Positions 1 to 9,373 of a stretch of 64,000 nucleotides of DNA are shown piece by piece. Both the position numbers and the translations under genes were made by a program. The DNA lies in NCBI GenBank assembly GCA_009991965.1, contig JAACWQ010000004.1:42074-106073 (forward strand), given 5' to 3'. Numbering within the stretch: the stretch's first letter is position 1; each line of letters opens with the position of its first letter. This DNA comes from Minisyncoccota bacterium. GTDB taxonomy: Bacteria; Patescibacteriota; Microgenomatia; UBA1400; PJMF01. The notes beneath the pieces are model-generated. The model was not told where the DNA came from, ran no database searches, and saw only the letters and a program-made list of their open reading frames with translations.

Positions 1-99
1 GGCCACTTGCTCTGAAAATTTACCAATCTCGACAAAGATTTCCTTATCGCCAAGAGCGATAGTGGTTTTATATGTTTTGGAATAGTCTGGATAAGCCAT
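1..99 (-). CDS. pnp: Polyribonucleotide nucleotidyltransferase, N-terminal fragment (runs off window)
   Basis: Hand-translated MAYPDYSKTYKTTIALGDKEIFVEIGKFSEQVA resembles the PNPase N-terminus; lies downstream of rpsO on the same strand. Confidence 0.65.
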   Translation of the reverse strand, partial: MAYPDYSKTYKTTIALGDKEIFVEIGKFSEQVA

Positions 100-121
100 G
101 CTATTTTCCTTTTAACTAAAT

Positions 122-209
122 GCGGGGAGTGTGCTGCAAGTATTCTGGAGAAAAGACATCTATGCGTAGCCTGCCATCTCTCTTGAATCCTCAACAGTTC
201 ACAATCCTC
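122..209 (-). promoter_or_regulatory. Long imperfect hairpin in pnp 5' leader
   Basis: On the mRNA strand GCGAGGA..CTGTTGAGGATTC..GAGAGATGGC pairs with GTCTTTTCTC..GAATACTTGCAG..TCCCCGC. Confidence 0.5.
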
Positions 210-252
210 GCGAATTACTTCGAGTAGTATAGCATAGGTTGTCGAATAACTT

Positions 253-999
253 TTATAAATCAGCTAGAAACTCTTCAAGATTGTCTACCGAAATCAACTT
301 TCCTGCCTTTTCATCGGCTTTCGCCGCTCGATAAGCCTCTTCTGTTTTTTCTGAAGCAGCAAAAGTTGGCACAAATGAAATCACTGCCATCCCCTGTGAT
401 TTCTCACTTGGATACGCCCAAGCTTTGATAAATTGATCAAAAGAAACTTTGTGCTCTTTCTGCGCAGGAAGTCCAGGATCTTGTAAAAACAAGTTTTTGT
501 CATCATGACCATAAATGAGGACAAAGTGACCAGAGTAGCCCGCTTCATTATTTAATGCCTTAAGATTGACGTTACATATAACAAACGAGTCAGAATCTAA
601 GGCTGTGGTGATATCTGCGATCTGTGCCAACCGTGTTTCTCTTATAGCTTTTGCCACGTACTCTTGCGCGATGATTTGTTCCTGTGGAATATCTGAATGA
701 TCAATTTGGCTTTGACCAATATTCTCACCGTAAAAATCCAGTAAGTATCCTTCGCCTTGTTCAACGAATGCTTCATAGTCAAAAAGGCCGACACTTTTTA
801 CCGCCAAACCCTTTTCTGCTAACCATAGCAAACCTGCAGTCGGCCAAGTCCACAGTCCCTCAACTTTCGCTGTGATTTTTTCTAGCTCATCCCAGGAACA
901 CTCTTCGTTCGGAAAGTATTGTTTCAGCAGCATTTTGAAGACTGCTTGATAACAATGCGTGTTGTCAGGAGTATTGGGGAAAAATGGAGGGGGTTGCAT
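253..999 (-). CDS. Peptidase C39-like protein
   Basis: N-terminal HCYQA (Cys), GHFVLIYG (His) and LQDPG (Asp) motifs. Confidence 0.65.
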   Translation of the reverse strand: MQPPPFFPNTPDNTHCYQAVFKMLLKQYFPNEECSWDELEKITAKVEGLWTWPTAGLLWLAEKGLAVKSVGLFDYEAFVEQGEGYLLDFYGENIGQSQIDHSDIPQEQIIAQEYVAKAIRETRLAQIADITTALDSDSFVICNVNLKALNNEAGYSGHFVLIYGHDDKNLFLQDPGLPAQKEHKVSFDQFIKAWAYPSEKSQGMAVISFVPTFAASEKTEEAYRAAKADEKAGKLISVDNLEEFLADL

Positions 1000-1020
1000 A
1001 GTTATTCTATTGATTGCACA

Positions 1021-1506
1021 TTAAATCTCAACTTCATTCAATTTAAGCTCCTGAGGATTAACGTCTGCCCGCTCACCTGTTCGCACGATCCAACCCAAAC
1101 TCAATAACTCATTTGCACCGTCCTCAGGCACATAATCAGAAAAACTAACTTCACCCTCAATATTTCGATAGTCTCCTTTAATCAATTTCACTACATACTG
1201 GTAATCATGCGCATTTTCAATTTTATATTCTCTGCCTCTAAATGAGAGTTTTTGTACATTGCCTATATCTCCATCAACAATTTCGTCAAAAGGAGCAGGT
1301 GCTTCGTCTGTGTACAAGAGCAAGTTCTCGGAAGGCACAATAAACAGAAAAGAGTGATCATCAAAAATTACTTTGAAGTATCCATCATCTCCTAAGTTAA
1401 CTGTGCGAAACTCTGCAAAGCCAACTATTTCTTTTTGTTTACCTCTGATTGAAATTTTTCGGTTGGGATCTTCCAACAGGGCACTGAGCAATTCTTTGAT
1501 TTTCAT
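1021..1506 (-). CDS. Hypothetical protein
   Basis: 161-aa ORF co-oriented and tightly packed with neighbours. Confidence 0.6.
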   Translation of the reverse strand: MKIKELLSALLEDPNRKISIRGKQKEIVGFAEFRTVNLGDDGYFKVIFDDHSFLFIVPSENLLLYTDEAPAPFDEIVDGDIGNVQKLSFRGREYKIENAHDYQYVVKLIKGDYRNIEGEVSFSDYVPEDGANELLSLGWIVRTGERADVNPQELKLNEVEI

Positions 1507-1531
1507 ATATGAGTTCCTCCCATTATTTTTC

Positions 1532-1882
1532 CTACATTCCTCTCGAAAGATTGGAGGTGATATAAGTATTCAAGCTCACACCTTCTTGTTTTGCATGATG
1601 CGCCAAAGATCTGTGTAAAAATTTTGGCAAGCGCAAGTGCAGTTTTCCGCTATATTCATCTCTTGCTGGCTCAGGAATCAAAATCTTTCTTTCCAATGCC
1701 GCTGCAATCCAAGTTTTTTTTGCATCGTCGATCATTGAGATTGCAGCCTGCTCTGAGTCAGCCTCAGAAAAACAACCAGGCAATTCCTCGACCTCAACAA
1801 AGTAAGAGCCATCACCATTCTTTTTGAGTCGAATCGTGTAGTCTAGATCTAAATAGTAGTTTAATTGTTTATTTTGTTTCAT
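1532..1882 (-). CDS. hicB: HicB family antitoxin
   Basis: YFVEVEELPGCFS motif and C-terminal YSGKLHLRLPKFLHRSLA..EGVSLNTYI ribbon-helix-helix. Confidence 0.9.
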   Translation of the reverse strand: MKQNKQLNYYLDLDYTIRLKKNGDGSYFVEVEELPGCFSEADSEQAAISMIDDAKKTWIAAALERKILIPEPARDEYSGKLHLRLPKFLHRSLAHHAKQEGVSLNTYITSNLSRGM

Positions 1883-2108
1883 TTTCGATGAGCTCCCTAA
1901 CTCGCTTAACATATATTTCTTTAATAAATGGTCGTTTATACGGCACGGTTATTTGTTTTTCCTTTTTGTAGTACACATAGTGACTACTGCCGCCGCTCGG
2001 TTGTCTGCAAGTGAAACCATGCTCAAGCAAGATGGCGTCAAGCACCTCGAAACGAATATTTTTGGGGTTACTAGAGAGTTTTTTGACTCGTTTCTGACGC
2101 TTTGTCAC
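1869..2108 (-). CDS. hicA: HicA family toxin
   Basis: GGSSHYVY..ITVP motif; overlaps hicB start. Confidence 0.9.
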   Translation of the reverse strand: MTKRQKRVKKLSSNPKNIRFEVLDAILLEHGFTCRQPSGGSSHYVYYKKEKQITVPYKRPFIKEIYVKRVRELIENETK

Positions 2109-2149
2109 TTTTTATATGATACCATATATGGTACCAATTAGAAGTGGAA

Positions 2150-3043
2150 TTATAAGGTTTTTATCCACTCAACTACTTTCTGTGCAAACTCTTGTTCTTT
2201 GCCATCATAGCCATGATTGGCTCCAGCCAGCAAATGCGTTTCAAACGACGAAGCTGCAACTGCTTTGCTTTTGAGCAACTCCATATCATCTTTTAGTGTG
2301 CGAATCGCCACGTCGTCGAGTTCTCCCATGATACATAAAATCGGTACGTCTACAGAAGCCAGTTCGGGAAACTCACTAGGATTTCGCAAAAGCGGCAAAA
2401 TGTCGGCGGGACCACCTTCTTCAAACATGTCTAAAAATGTCTGAGAACTCAAGACATACCAATCCCAAACTTTTCCTGAAAGCAGTTTTTCTGGTTTATC
2501 CTGCTCTACATTACTGCGTGCTTCGGCAAGCAACTCTGGGTAATTTGGTTGATATTCTGTTTTCTTAACTAAACCAACCATATCGCCGGGAGAGGCTAAC
2601 ACCATACCAAACACATCTTGTGGTTGCTTTTTGTAAAAGTGATGCACGACTTTTGGACCGGCCAAACTATGGCCGACAATAACAAATCGCTTGTAGCCAA
2701 GTTCTCGTCCCTTATCTAACCATGCCTCAATGTCTGGAACACAACCTTCAAATCGCTCATAGACTGCGCCGTGACGTTCTGATTTATGACCACCATCAGA
2801 ATTCTTCTGAGTGGTGTGGATGTCATTCATGTGCGCATAGCCACGATTATGAGTAAAAATATAACCGAATCCCGCTTTTTGCAGCTGCTGACCTAAAACA
2901 TGACCAAATTTATTTTCGAGAAAAAAACCAGACATGCCGTGAATAAATAAAACGCAAATATCTTTTTGCTCAACTGGATAGTACAAACCAGGGAGCTTGA
3001 GATCATCTTCTGTGGTCGTAAAAATGAGATCCATTTGTTGCAT
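2150..3043 (-). CDS. Alpha/beta hydrolase
   Basis: FIHGM, GHSLAG nucleophile elbow, GELDD and GANHGY. Confidence 0.85.
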   Translation of the reverse strand: MQQMDLIFTTTEDDLKLPGLYYPVEQKDICVLFIHGMSGFFLENKFGHVLGQQLQKAGFGYIFTHNRGYAHMNDIHTTQKNSDGGHKSERHGAVYERFEGCVPDIEAWLDKGRELGYKRFVIVGHSLAGPKVVHHFYKKQPQDVFGMVLASPGDMVGLVKKTEYQPNYPELLAEARSNVEQDKPEKLLSGKVWDWYVLSSQTFLDMFEEGGPADILPLLRNPSEFPELASVDVPILCIMGELDDVAIRTLKDDMELLKSKAVAASSFETHLLAGANHGYDGKEQEFAQKVVEWIKTL

Positions 3044-3064
3044 AGTTGCTTTTCCGCGTCTTAT

Positions 3065-3370
3065 CTATCTCAAACTAATCACTAAGTCTTTTCCCAAAGC
3101 CTGAGCCATATTTGTAAGCGTTTCTAACGTAGCATTGCGCTTTCCAGACTCGACTTTTACGATTGTTGCACGAGGTAATTGTGATTTAACGGCGAGCTCT
3201 TTTTGAGTCAAACCATTCTTTTTACGCTGCTCTCTCAGCGACGTCACCAGTCGATAGTACTTCTTCTCATTTTCCACAGCCTGCCAATCTTCCTTGGTGA
3301 AGTCGGCGGTAATAGTATCAAAGTGTACTGTAACGGGCCTATTTTTTTCTTTGTGATTATTTTTTTTCAT
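3065..3370 (-). CDS. Xre HTH antitoxin (HigA-like)
   Basis: GLTQKELA..IVKVESGKRNATLETL HTH, downstream of a RelE-like toxin. Confidence 0.85.
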   Translation of the reverse strand: MKKNNHKEKNRPVTVHFDTITADFTKEDWQAVENEKKYYRLVTSLREQRKKNGLTQKELAVKSQLPRATIVKVESGKRNATLETLTNMAQALGKDLVISLR

Positions 3371-3379
3371 AGTTACTCC

Positions 3380-3703
3380 TCAGACATATTCGGCTAGCCT
3401 TCGTTGTGCCTTTTTGATCTCATTAATTGGAATTTTTTGGGTTTTTTTATGAAACGCAGATAAGATAAGTATGTTCACACTACCAAAATATGCGTATATT
3501 ACCCTCCAAACTCCTTTGTACTTGATTCTAATCTCATAAATAGCAGGATCAGCTTGTAGTTTTTTTGCAAACGGTTTTTCTAGTCTTCCTTCTTCAGACA
3601 ACATCGCTGTATATGCTGCCAATTTAGTGCGAACTTGTTTCGGAAATGCACTAATTTCCCGTTTGGCTCTTCCGTCAAGAAGAATGTGTTTGTTTGCTTT
3701 CAT
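3380..3703 (-). CDS. RelE/ParE (Gp49/HigB-like) toxin
   Basis: IYEIRI..WRVIY..LSAFHKKTQKIP motif. Confidence 0.85.
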   Translation of the reverse strand: MKANKHILLDGRAKREISAFPKQVRTKLAAYTAMLSEEGRLEKPFAKKLQADPAIYEIRIKYKGVWRVIYAYFGSVNILILSAFHKKTQKIPINEIKKAQRRLAEYV

Positions 3704-3822
3704 AGTGTGACATAAAAGTTACTTTTGTCAAGCAATTACAGTATGTCTGCTACCGACCACAGGAGTAAATGAATCGAGGTGACTTACCAGTCCCCAACAA
3801 CAGTTCTTTTTACAAAAAATGG

Positions 3823-4737
3823 CTACCTAAAATACCCCAACCCCCACGAAGCAATCGGATCAACAAATCGGTGGTCTTTATTTAGTTTGTTAATTTCTGC
3901 CATTTCTGCCTCGCTCAGTTCAAAATCGAACACCGCGGCATTTTCTGCTATTCGCTTCTGATTGGTAGATTTTGGAATTACCACAATCCCGCGCTGCAAC
4001 GACCAGCGGATAAGTACCTGAGCGGGAGATTTGCCATGTACTTTCGCAATAGAAAGTATTGCTGAATCACTAATTGGTCTATTTTTCTCATCACCATGCG
4101 AGCCAAGTGGTGAGTAGGCAGTGACCGCAACTTCTTTTGCCTGGCAAAAATTGACCAGCTCTGGTTGGGCGTTGTAGGGATGAATTTCCACCTGATTCGT
4201 TACTGGTTTCACTTTTGCGTAGGTCAAAAGATCAAGCAGCATGGTGGTTGTAAAGTTGGCTACGCCAATCGATTTCACTAACCCTAATTTGACCAATTGC
4301 TCCATCGCACGCCAAGTTTCTTGGATGGATACCGGCTCGGTCATAATCATGCCATACTCGTCGAGTGGCTGTTTTTCTTTGTCTGGTTTGAAAGCAATGC
4401 CCCAGTGCATGAGATACAAATCTAGATATTCTAGTTGCAAGTCTGCCAGCGTTTGCCTGCAAGCTTTCTCTACCGCGTCGGGATGGTGTTTGTTATTCCA
4501 CAACTTACTGGTGATAAACACATCTTCGCGCTTGACTGCACCCTTGGAAAATGTGCGAGTAAACGCCGCACCAACTTCTGGCTCATTCATATAAATTGCA
4601 GCGCAGTCTATGTGTTGATAGCCCATTTCTAAAGCAGCTGCAACCGCAGTACCTGCTTTGCCTGGCTCTGACTTCCAGGTGCCGAGGCCGAGGGCGGGAA
4701 TAGTCCTGCCGTTGTTGAGGGAGAGGGATTTGGTCAT
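3823..4737 (-). CDS. Aldo/keto reductase
   Basis: LGLGTW, HIDCAAIY, FITSKLWN, DLYLMHW and IPKS motifs. Confidence 0.95.
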   Translation of the reverse strand: MTKSLSLNNGRTIPALGLGTWKSEPGKAGTAVAAALEMGYQHIDCAAIYMNEPEVGAAFTRTFSKGAVKREDVFITSKLWNNKHHPDAVEKACRQTLADLQLEYLDLYLMHWGIAFKPDKEKQPLDEYGMIMTEPVSIQETWRAMEQLVKLGLVKSIGVANFTTTMLLDLLTYAKVKPVTNQVEIHPYNAQPELVNFCQAKEVAVTAYSPLGSHGDEKNRPISDSAILSIAKVHGKSPAQVLIRWSLQRGIVVIPKSTNQKRIAENAAVFDFELSEAEMAEINKLNKDHRFVDPIASWGLGYFR

Positions 4738-4814
4738 ATACCAGCAGTTTACACTATCCAACTTGTTGAGGATTTTTCCTCTGGTGGTCGCTGTCTAAAA
4801 AAATGAATTAAGAA

Positions 4815-5084
4815 TTACTTACTCAACCCAAGTCGATCGATGAGCTTTTTATAGCGATCTTCGGATCTGTCGAGCAAGAAGGTAAGCAAACGGCGTCGTT
4901 TGGCAACCTGCTTGAGAAGGCCTCTGCGAGAATGATTATCTTTTTTGTGACCGATAAGATGATCTGTTAGCTCTTTGATCGAAGCGGTAAGCAGTGCAAT
5001 CTGCACTTCTGGCGAACCAGTGTCACCCTCGAAGAGTTGAAAATCTGTAATGATTTGGGTCTTTTGGACCTTATTTAATGCCAT
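4815..5084 (-). CDS. rpsO: 30S ribosomal protein S15
   Basis: [26 protein letters not shown]. Confidence 0.97.
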   Translation of the reverse strand: MALNKVQKTQIITDFQLFEGDTGSPEVQIALLTASIKELTDHLIGHKKDNHSRRGLLKQVAKRRRLLTFLLDRSEDRYKKLIDRLGLSK

Positions 5085-5171
5085 GGTATTCCTTTCTGTA
5101 TTATTTCCTTGTCCCGTTCGTTTGTGCAACCAACGAGCAAAGCAACCATTTTTAGCCTATGTAGTATATCA

Positions 5172-6647
5172 CTAGTCTGCAATATGGAAGGCAACGAGCC
5201 TGTCGCCGACCTCAAATGTAAGTTTTGCCTGTCGGAAAACGAGTCCTGCCTCACCCTTTGTTTTGACAGAATCGACCTCTTCTTTGCCATGTCGCATACT
5301 CTTAATTGTTGGCGAACCGATACGATCTTCACCTCTAGCCAAGTAAAAAGTGTCGGCCTTATTAATCACGCCAGATTTGACCTTGATACCAGCAATGCGT
5401 TCACCACGCATTTCGAAGATCTGTAAGATTTCTGCTTCGCCCGTGACGACTTCGTCGAGGGTTGGGTCGATGAGTTTAAGCATCTGTTTTTGGAGATTTT
5501 CAATTAACTCATAAATAACGTCGTAGGTTTTGATACGTACATTTGCGCGCTTCGCGAGCAGCAACACTTGTTTGGAAACTTTGGTGTGAAAACTCACAAT
5601 AAGTGCGCCAGTAGCTACCGCCAGATCGACATCCGCTTCGCTGACTTGACCAACTGCAGAAGAAAGTAGTTCGGTACTTTCGGGATCAAGGGTGTCGATA
5701 ATTGCTTCAAGCGTGCCTTCTACATCGGCGCGGATGATCAATTTCAAACGAGGTTTATCATCGAGTAAAAAGTTAAAATCTAGATCGGTCAATTCTTGGC
5801 TGATAGCTGCGTCAGTCACCGGAGCCTCAGCAGCTTCCGCTTCTGCAACCGCTGCATACTCGGCAGCCTGGTCGTGCACAACTGCACCCACTGCGGGAAC
5901 GGTTTTGAAACCAATGATTTCTGTTGGACATCCTGGTGTCACAGTCTCAACTGCTTTTCCAAGCGGGTCAGAAAGTTGTTTCACTCTGCCTTCGGCCTCA
6001 CCAGCGACGATATCTTGTCGCAAATGAAGTGTGCCCGAGCGAACAATGACTGATGCAAGTGAACCACGACGAGAATCCTTCGAAGATTCAATGACGACTG
6101 CTTCAAGCGGAGCGTCTGGATCAACGGTAAGTTCGTTGAGCTCTGCAATAAGCAAGATCGTATCAAGCAGTGTATCGACTCCTTTGCCTGTTTTGGCAGA
6201 AAGTGGAATTGCCTCTACATCGCCCCCAAAACCTTGGACAAGAATCTTGTGTTCAACCAACTGCGATTTCACAAGATCTGGCTGAGCATCTTTCAAATCC
6301 ATTTTGTTGATCGCAACGATCACGGGCAGTTTTGCCTCGGTGATATGTCGGATCGACTCGATGGTTTGTGGTTTAACGCCATCATTTGCCGCCACAACCA
6401 ACACTACAATATCAGTGATCTGTGCGCCACGAGCTCGCATTTTGTTGAAAGCTGCATGACCAGGAGTATCGATAAAGGTTATCGCCTGGTTTTTGTGTTC
6501 AATCTGATATGCACCAATATGCTGGGTTATACCACCTGCTTCGCCTTCGGTAATACGAGACTTGCGGATGAAATCAAGCAAGGTTGTTTTGCCATGGTCA
6601 ACGTGTCCCATGATCGTAACAACTGGTGGGCGTTTTTGAATGGCCAT
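5172..6647 (-). CDS. infB: Translation initiation factor IF-2 (short form)
   Basis: RPPVVTIMGHVDHGKTTLLD, GGITQHIGAY, DTPGH. Confidence 0.97.
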   Translation of the reverse strand: MAIQKRPPVVTIMGHVDHGKTTLLDFIRKSRITEGEAGGITQHIGAYQIEHKNQAITFIDTPGHAAFNKMRARGAQITDIVVLVVAANDGVKPQTIESIRHITEAKLPVIVAINKMDLKDAQPDLVKSQLVEHKILVQGFGGDVEAIPLSAKTGKGVDTLLDTILLIAELNELTVDPDAPLEAVVIESSKDSRRGSLASVIVRSGTLHLRQDIVAGEAEGRVKQLSDPLGKAVETVTPGCPTEIIGFKTVPAVGAVVHDQAAEYAAVAEAEAAEAPVTDAAISQELTDLDFNFLLDDKPRLKLIIRADVEGTLEAIIDTLDPESTELLSSAVGQVSEADVDLAVATGALIVSFHTKVSKQVLLLAKRANVRIKTYDVIYELIENLQKQMLKLIDPTLDEVVTGEAEILQIFEMRGERIAGIKVKSGVINKADTFYLARGEDRIGSPTIKSMRHGKEEVDSVKTKGEAGLVFRQAKLTFEVGDRLVAFHIAD

Positions 6648-6649
6648 GT

Positions 6650-7924
6650 TTACAGTGTTTCCCGTCCGATGCGCGCAGCATCAAATTTTGCTTGCTCTGC
6701 GTCAAAAGCTTCGATGCGATCATCTAGCATTTTTGTCTGATCTGCTGGGAACTCAAACGCGTGCCATTTGTCTTTGAAACGACTGAGATCACCCAAAGTA
6801 GTCAGTTTGTGCTCCACTAAGTGTGCACGTGATTCTGCGGTCAAACCTGGGAAGGTATCAATTTCGTACTCTTCCTTGCCGGTAGCCGAAGACTTGATAG
6901 TTCCCTCTGCCGACTTAATGGTTATTTTGTAACCAGATAATTTGGCTGCAATACGCGCATTTTGACCACCTCTACCAATCGCAAGTGAAAGTTGGTCGTC
7001 TGGCGCTGTCACAACTGCAACCTTAAGTTTCTCATCGATTTTGATGGTAAGGTTGTCTGCCGGAGCCAAAGCTGCCTGGAGCAATAATTGAGGATTCTCT
7101 GAATAAGGAATAATATCGAGCTTTTCGTTGTTGAGCTCACGGATAACCTCTTGCACACGAACACCGCGCTGTCCAACACAGGAACCGACTGGATCAACCC
7201 CTTCTTGGGTAGAACGTACTGCGAGCTTGGTTCTCACACCAGCTTCACGAGCGATTAATGCTATCTCAACTGCACCAGAAGCAACTTCGGGCACTTCACG
7301 CTCAAAAAGCTTACTGACGATTTCTTTGTCTGCTCTAGAAACAATAACTGCTTGACCACGATTGGTCTCGCGAATTTCTTTGATGAGAACGGAGACACGG
7401 TTGTTGATGCGATAAAACTCGCCACGCATCTGCTCTTCTGGAGGCATAATACCCTGGCCTCGACCAATATCGAGCACAACTGTTCTGCCATCCATACGCA
7501 AAATCTGGGCCGAAACGATTTCGCCGATTTTGGTGGTGTACTCAGAAATGATCTGCGCACGTTCTGATTCTCGAATTTTTTGTAGAACAACTTGTTTGGC
7601 AGTTTGGGCTGCAATGCGACCAAATCCTGCTGGAGTAACGTCTTTTGCTTTTGTCTCATCCCACTTCAAAACTTCGAGTGTTTCTTCATCTCGCTCCGTA
7701 ACCGGTGCTTCAAAAATCTTTGATTCGCCAGTACCTGGATCGAGCTCTACAAAGTAGTGAGAGTCATCTTCTTCGCCTGCGTACTGTTTGCGATATGCCG
7801 ACACAAGAGCCTGGCGGATAGCGTCTAAGATTGATTCTGGCTCGATTTTTCGTTCATTGGCAATCTGGTTGATGGCAGCAGCGAACTCAGTGCGAACCAT
7901 GTTATGTGAAGACGACTGTTGCAT
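6650..7924 (-). CDS. nusA: Transcription termination factor NusA
   Basis: FGRIAAQTAKQV, DPVGSCVG, LSLAIGRGGQN. Confidence 0.97.
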   Translation of the reverse strand: MQQSSSHNMVRTEFAAAINQIANERKIEPESILDAIRQALVSAYRKQYAGEEDDSHYFVELDPGTGESKIFEAPVTERDEETLEVLKWDETKAKDVTPAGFGRIAAQTAKQVVLQKIRESERAQIISEYTTKIGEIVSAQILRMDGRTVVLDIGRGQGIMPPEEQMRGEFYRINNRVSVLIKEIRETNRGQAVIVSRADKEIVSKLFEREVPEVASGAVEIALIAREAGVRTKLAVRSTQEGVDPVGSCVGQRGVRVQEVIRELNNEKLDIIPYSENPQLLLQAALAPADNLTIKIDEKLKVAVVTAPDDQLSLAIGRGGQNARIAAKLSGYKITIKSAEGTIKSSATGKEEYEIDTFPGLTAESRAHLVEHKLTTLGDLSRFKDKWHAFEFPADQTKMLDDRIEAFDAEQAKFDAARIGRETL

Positions 7925-8033
7925 ATATTTTTCTTTCTAAAATTTTGTAGTAAAAAGGACTCGTTTTTCGAGTCCAATCTCTATGTTTACGAGCGTGCCA
8001 GGCAATTATAGCGCGAACTCGAGAAAAGGCAAG

Positions 8034-8450
8034 TTAAACATACTTACTGTCAAACGTACTGTAGTCGATTGTCAATTCATCTCCTTTTGCTATCCGCATT
8101 ATGGTCACAAAGTTTTGACCTCCATCAATAGTCTGACAATTTGGATTTTTTGAAAAGTTAAAAAAGAAAGAAATGTCCATACCATTCAAACCAAATTTTG
8201 GAATCGAAACCGTCATATCCTTTTCAATAACAAGAAAGTCATCAATCATATTCTTGACCTCAGGATCAAGGTTTTCCAAATCTTTCATTGAAAAAAGCTC
8301 TCGTGTACCATCCTCGCAACCAAAAAAAATGTTTGTCCCTGCGGGTATATCTCGAATCGCAAATATACCAACTCCATGCAATTTTGAGGGCTGCAAACGA
8401 ACCCAGGTTTGTTCGAGTATTTTTAAAAGCCGTTGCTATTCTGTGGTCAT
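8034..8450 (-). pseudogene. SET domain protein with in-frame TAG at codon 5
   Basis: PSKLHGVGIFAIRDI..FNFSKNPN..GDELTIDY; ATG at 8450 directly after dnaJ stop, TAG at 8436-8438. Confidence 0.6.
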
Positions 8451-8451
8451 A

Positions 8452-9306
8452 TCACAAATCTAAATGACTCAGCAACTCAATTGCTCTTTTTTGCTCACTA
8501 GAAAGTTTGGATGGCACCGCAACAATCAATCGTACGTAGAGGTCACCTTTGCCCGAATGTTGTAAATGTGGCACACCTTCTCCGCGCAAACGAACCAATG
8601 TATGAGACTGCGTGCCTGCACGAACCTTTAGCTTCAGCTTGCTATCCACTGTTGCTACTTCGGTCGTCCCTCCGAGACTGGCCAAGCTAAATGTAATCGG
8701 CTGATCAACAAATAAGTCAGCGTTGTCTCGTTTGTAGCGAGGATGTGTGCCGACATTGATAGTAACGTCGAAGTTATCAAAGCGAATACGGGTACCATCG
8801 TTGGCTCCAGCTGGCACTTTAATTTTATGCTTTTTGCCATCAATTTGGACTTCTTTGGTAACACCTCGAATCGCTTCCAGAAACTCCACACGCATGGAGT
8901 ATCGAGGTCGCTGAGCTGCGCGCGAAAATCCGCCACCAAAAAATTGTTCGAAAATTTCAAACGGATCACCGAAATCTGCATTTTCAAACGGCGAAGCGCC
9001 GGTTGAGTAAGAATATGAAAAAGGACCCTGCTGTGAACCACCCGCAAATGGATTGCCACCCATACCACTGGCTGGGTCAAACGCCGCGTGACCAAATTGA
9101 TCGTACTTTTGTTTTTTTTGTGTATCGGAAAGAACTTGATACGCCTCGTTAATTTCTTTAAATTTTTCTTCAGCCTCAGCTTTCTTGGATTGATTTTTGT
9201 CTGGGTGCCACTTGAGTGCCATTTTGCGGTAGGCGGCCTTGATCTCACTGGCCGAAGCAGTTTTGGTCAACCCAAGAATTTCGTAAAAATCGCGTTTAGT
9301 ACTCAT
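8452..9306 (-). CDS. dnaJ: DnaJ-class chaperone lacking zinc finger
   Basis: J-domain with HPD, G/F-rich region and C-terminal domain; no CxxCxGxG repeats. Confidence 0.9.
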   Translation of the reverse strand: MSTKRDFYEILGLTKTASASEIKAAYRKMALKWHPDKNQSKKAEAEEKFKEINEAYQVLSDTQKKQKYDQFGHAAFDPASGMGGNPFAGGSQQGPFSYSYSTGASPFENADFGDPFEIFEQFFGGGFSRAAQRPRYSMRVEFLEAIRGVTKEVQIDGKKHKIKVPAGANDGTRIRFDNFDVTINVGTHPRYKRDNADLFVDQPITFSLASLGGTTEVATVDSKLKLKVRAGTQSHTLVRLRGEGVPHLQHSGKGDLYVRLIVAVPSKLSSEQKRAIELLSHLDL

Positions 9307-9346
9307 AAGAACAAGCCTGCATTGTAACAAAAATTGCTCTAGCTGT

Positions 9347-9373
9347 TAAGCAGACAAAACTAGTGACTGCTAA
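9347..9373. promoter_or_regulatory. CIRCE-like HrcA operator before dnaJ
   Basis: TAAGCAGAC-N9-GACTGCTAA. Confidence 0.75.
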
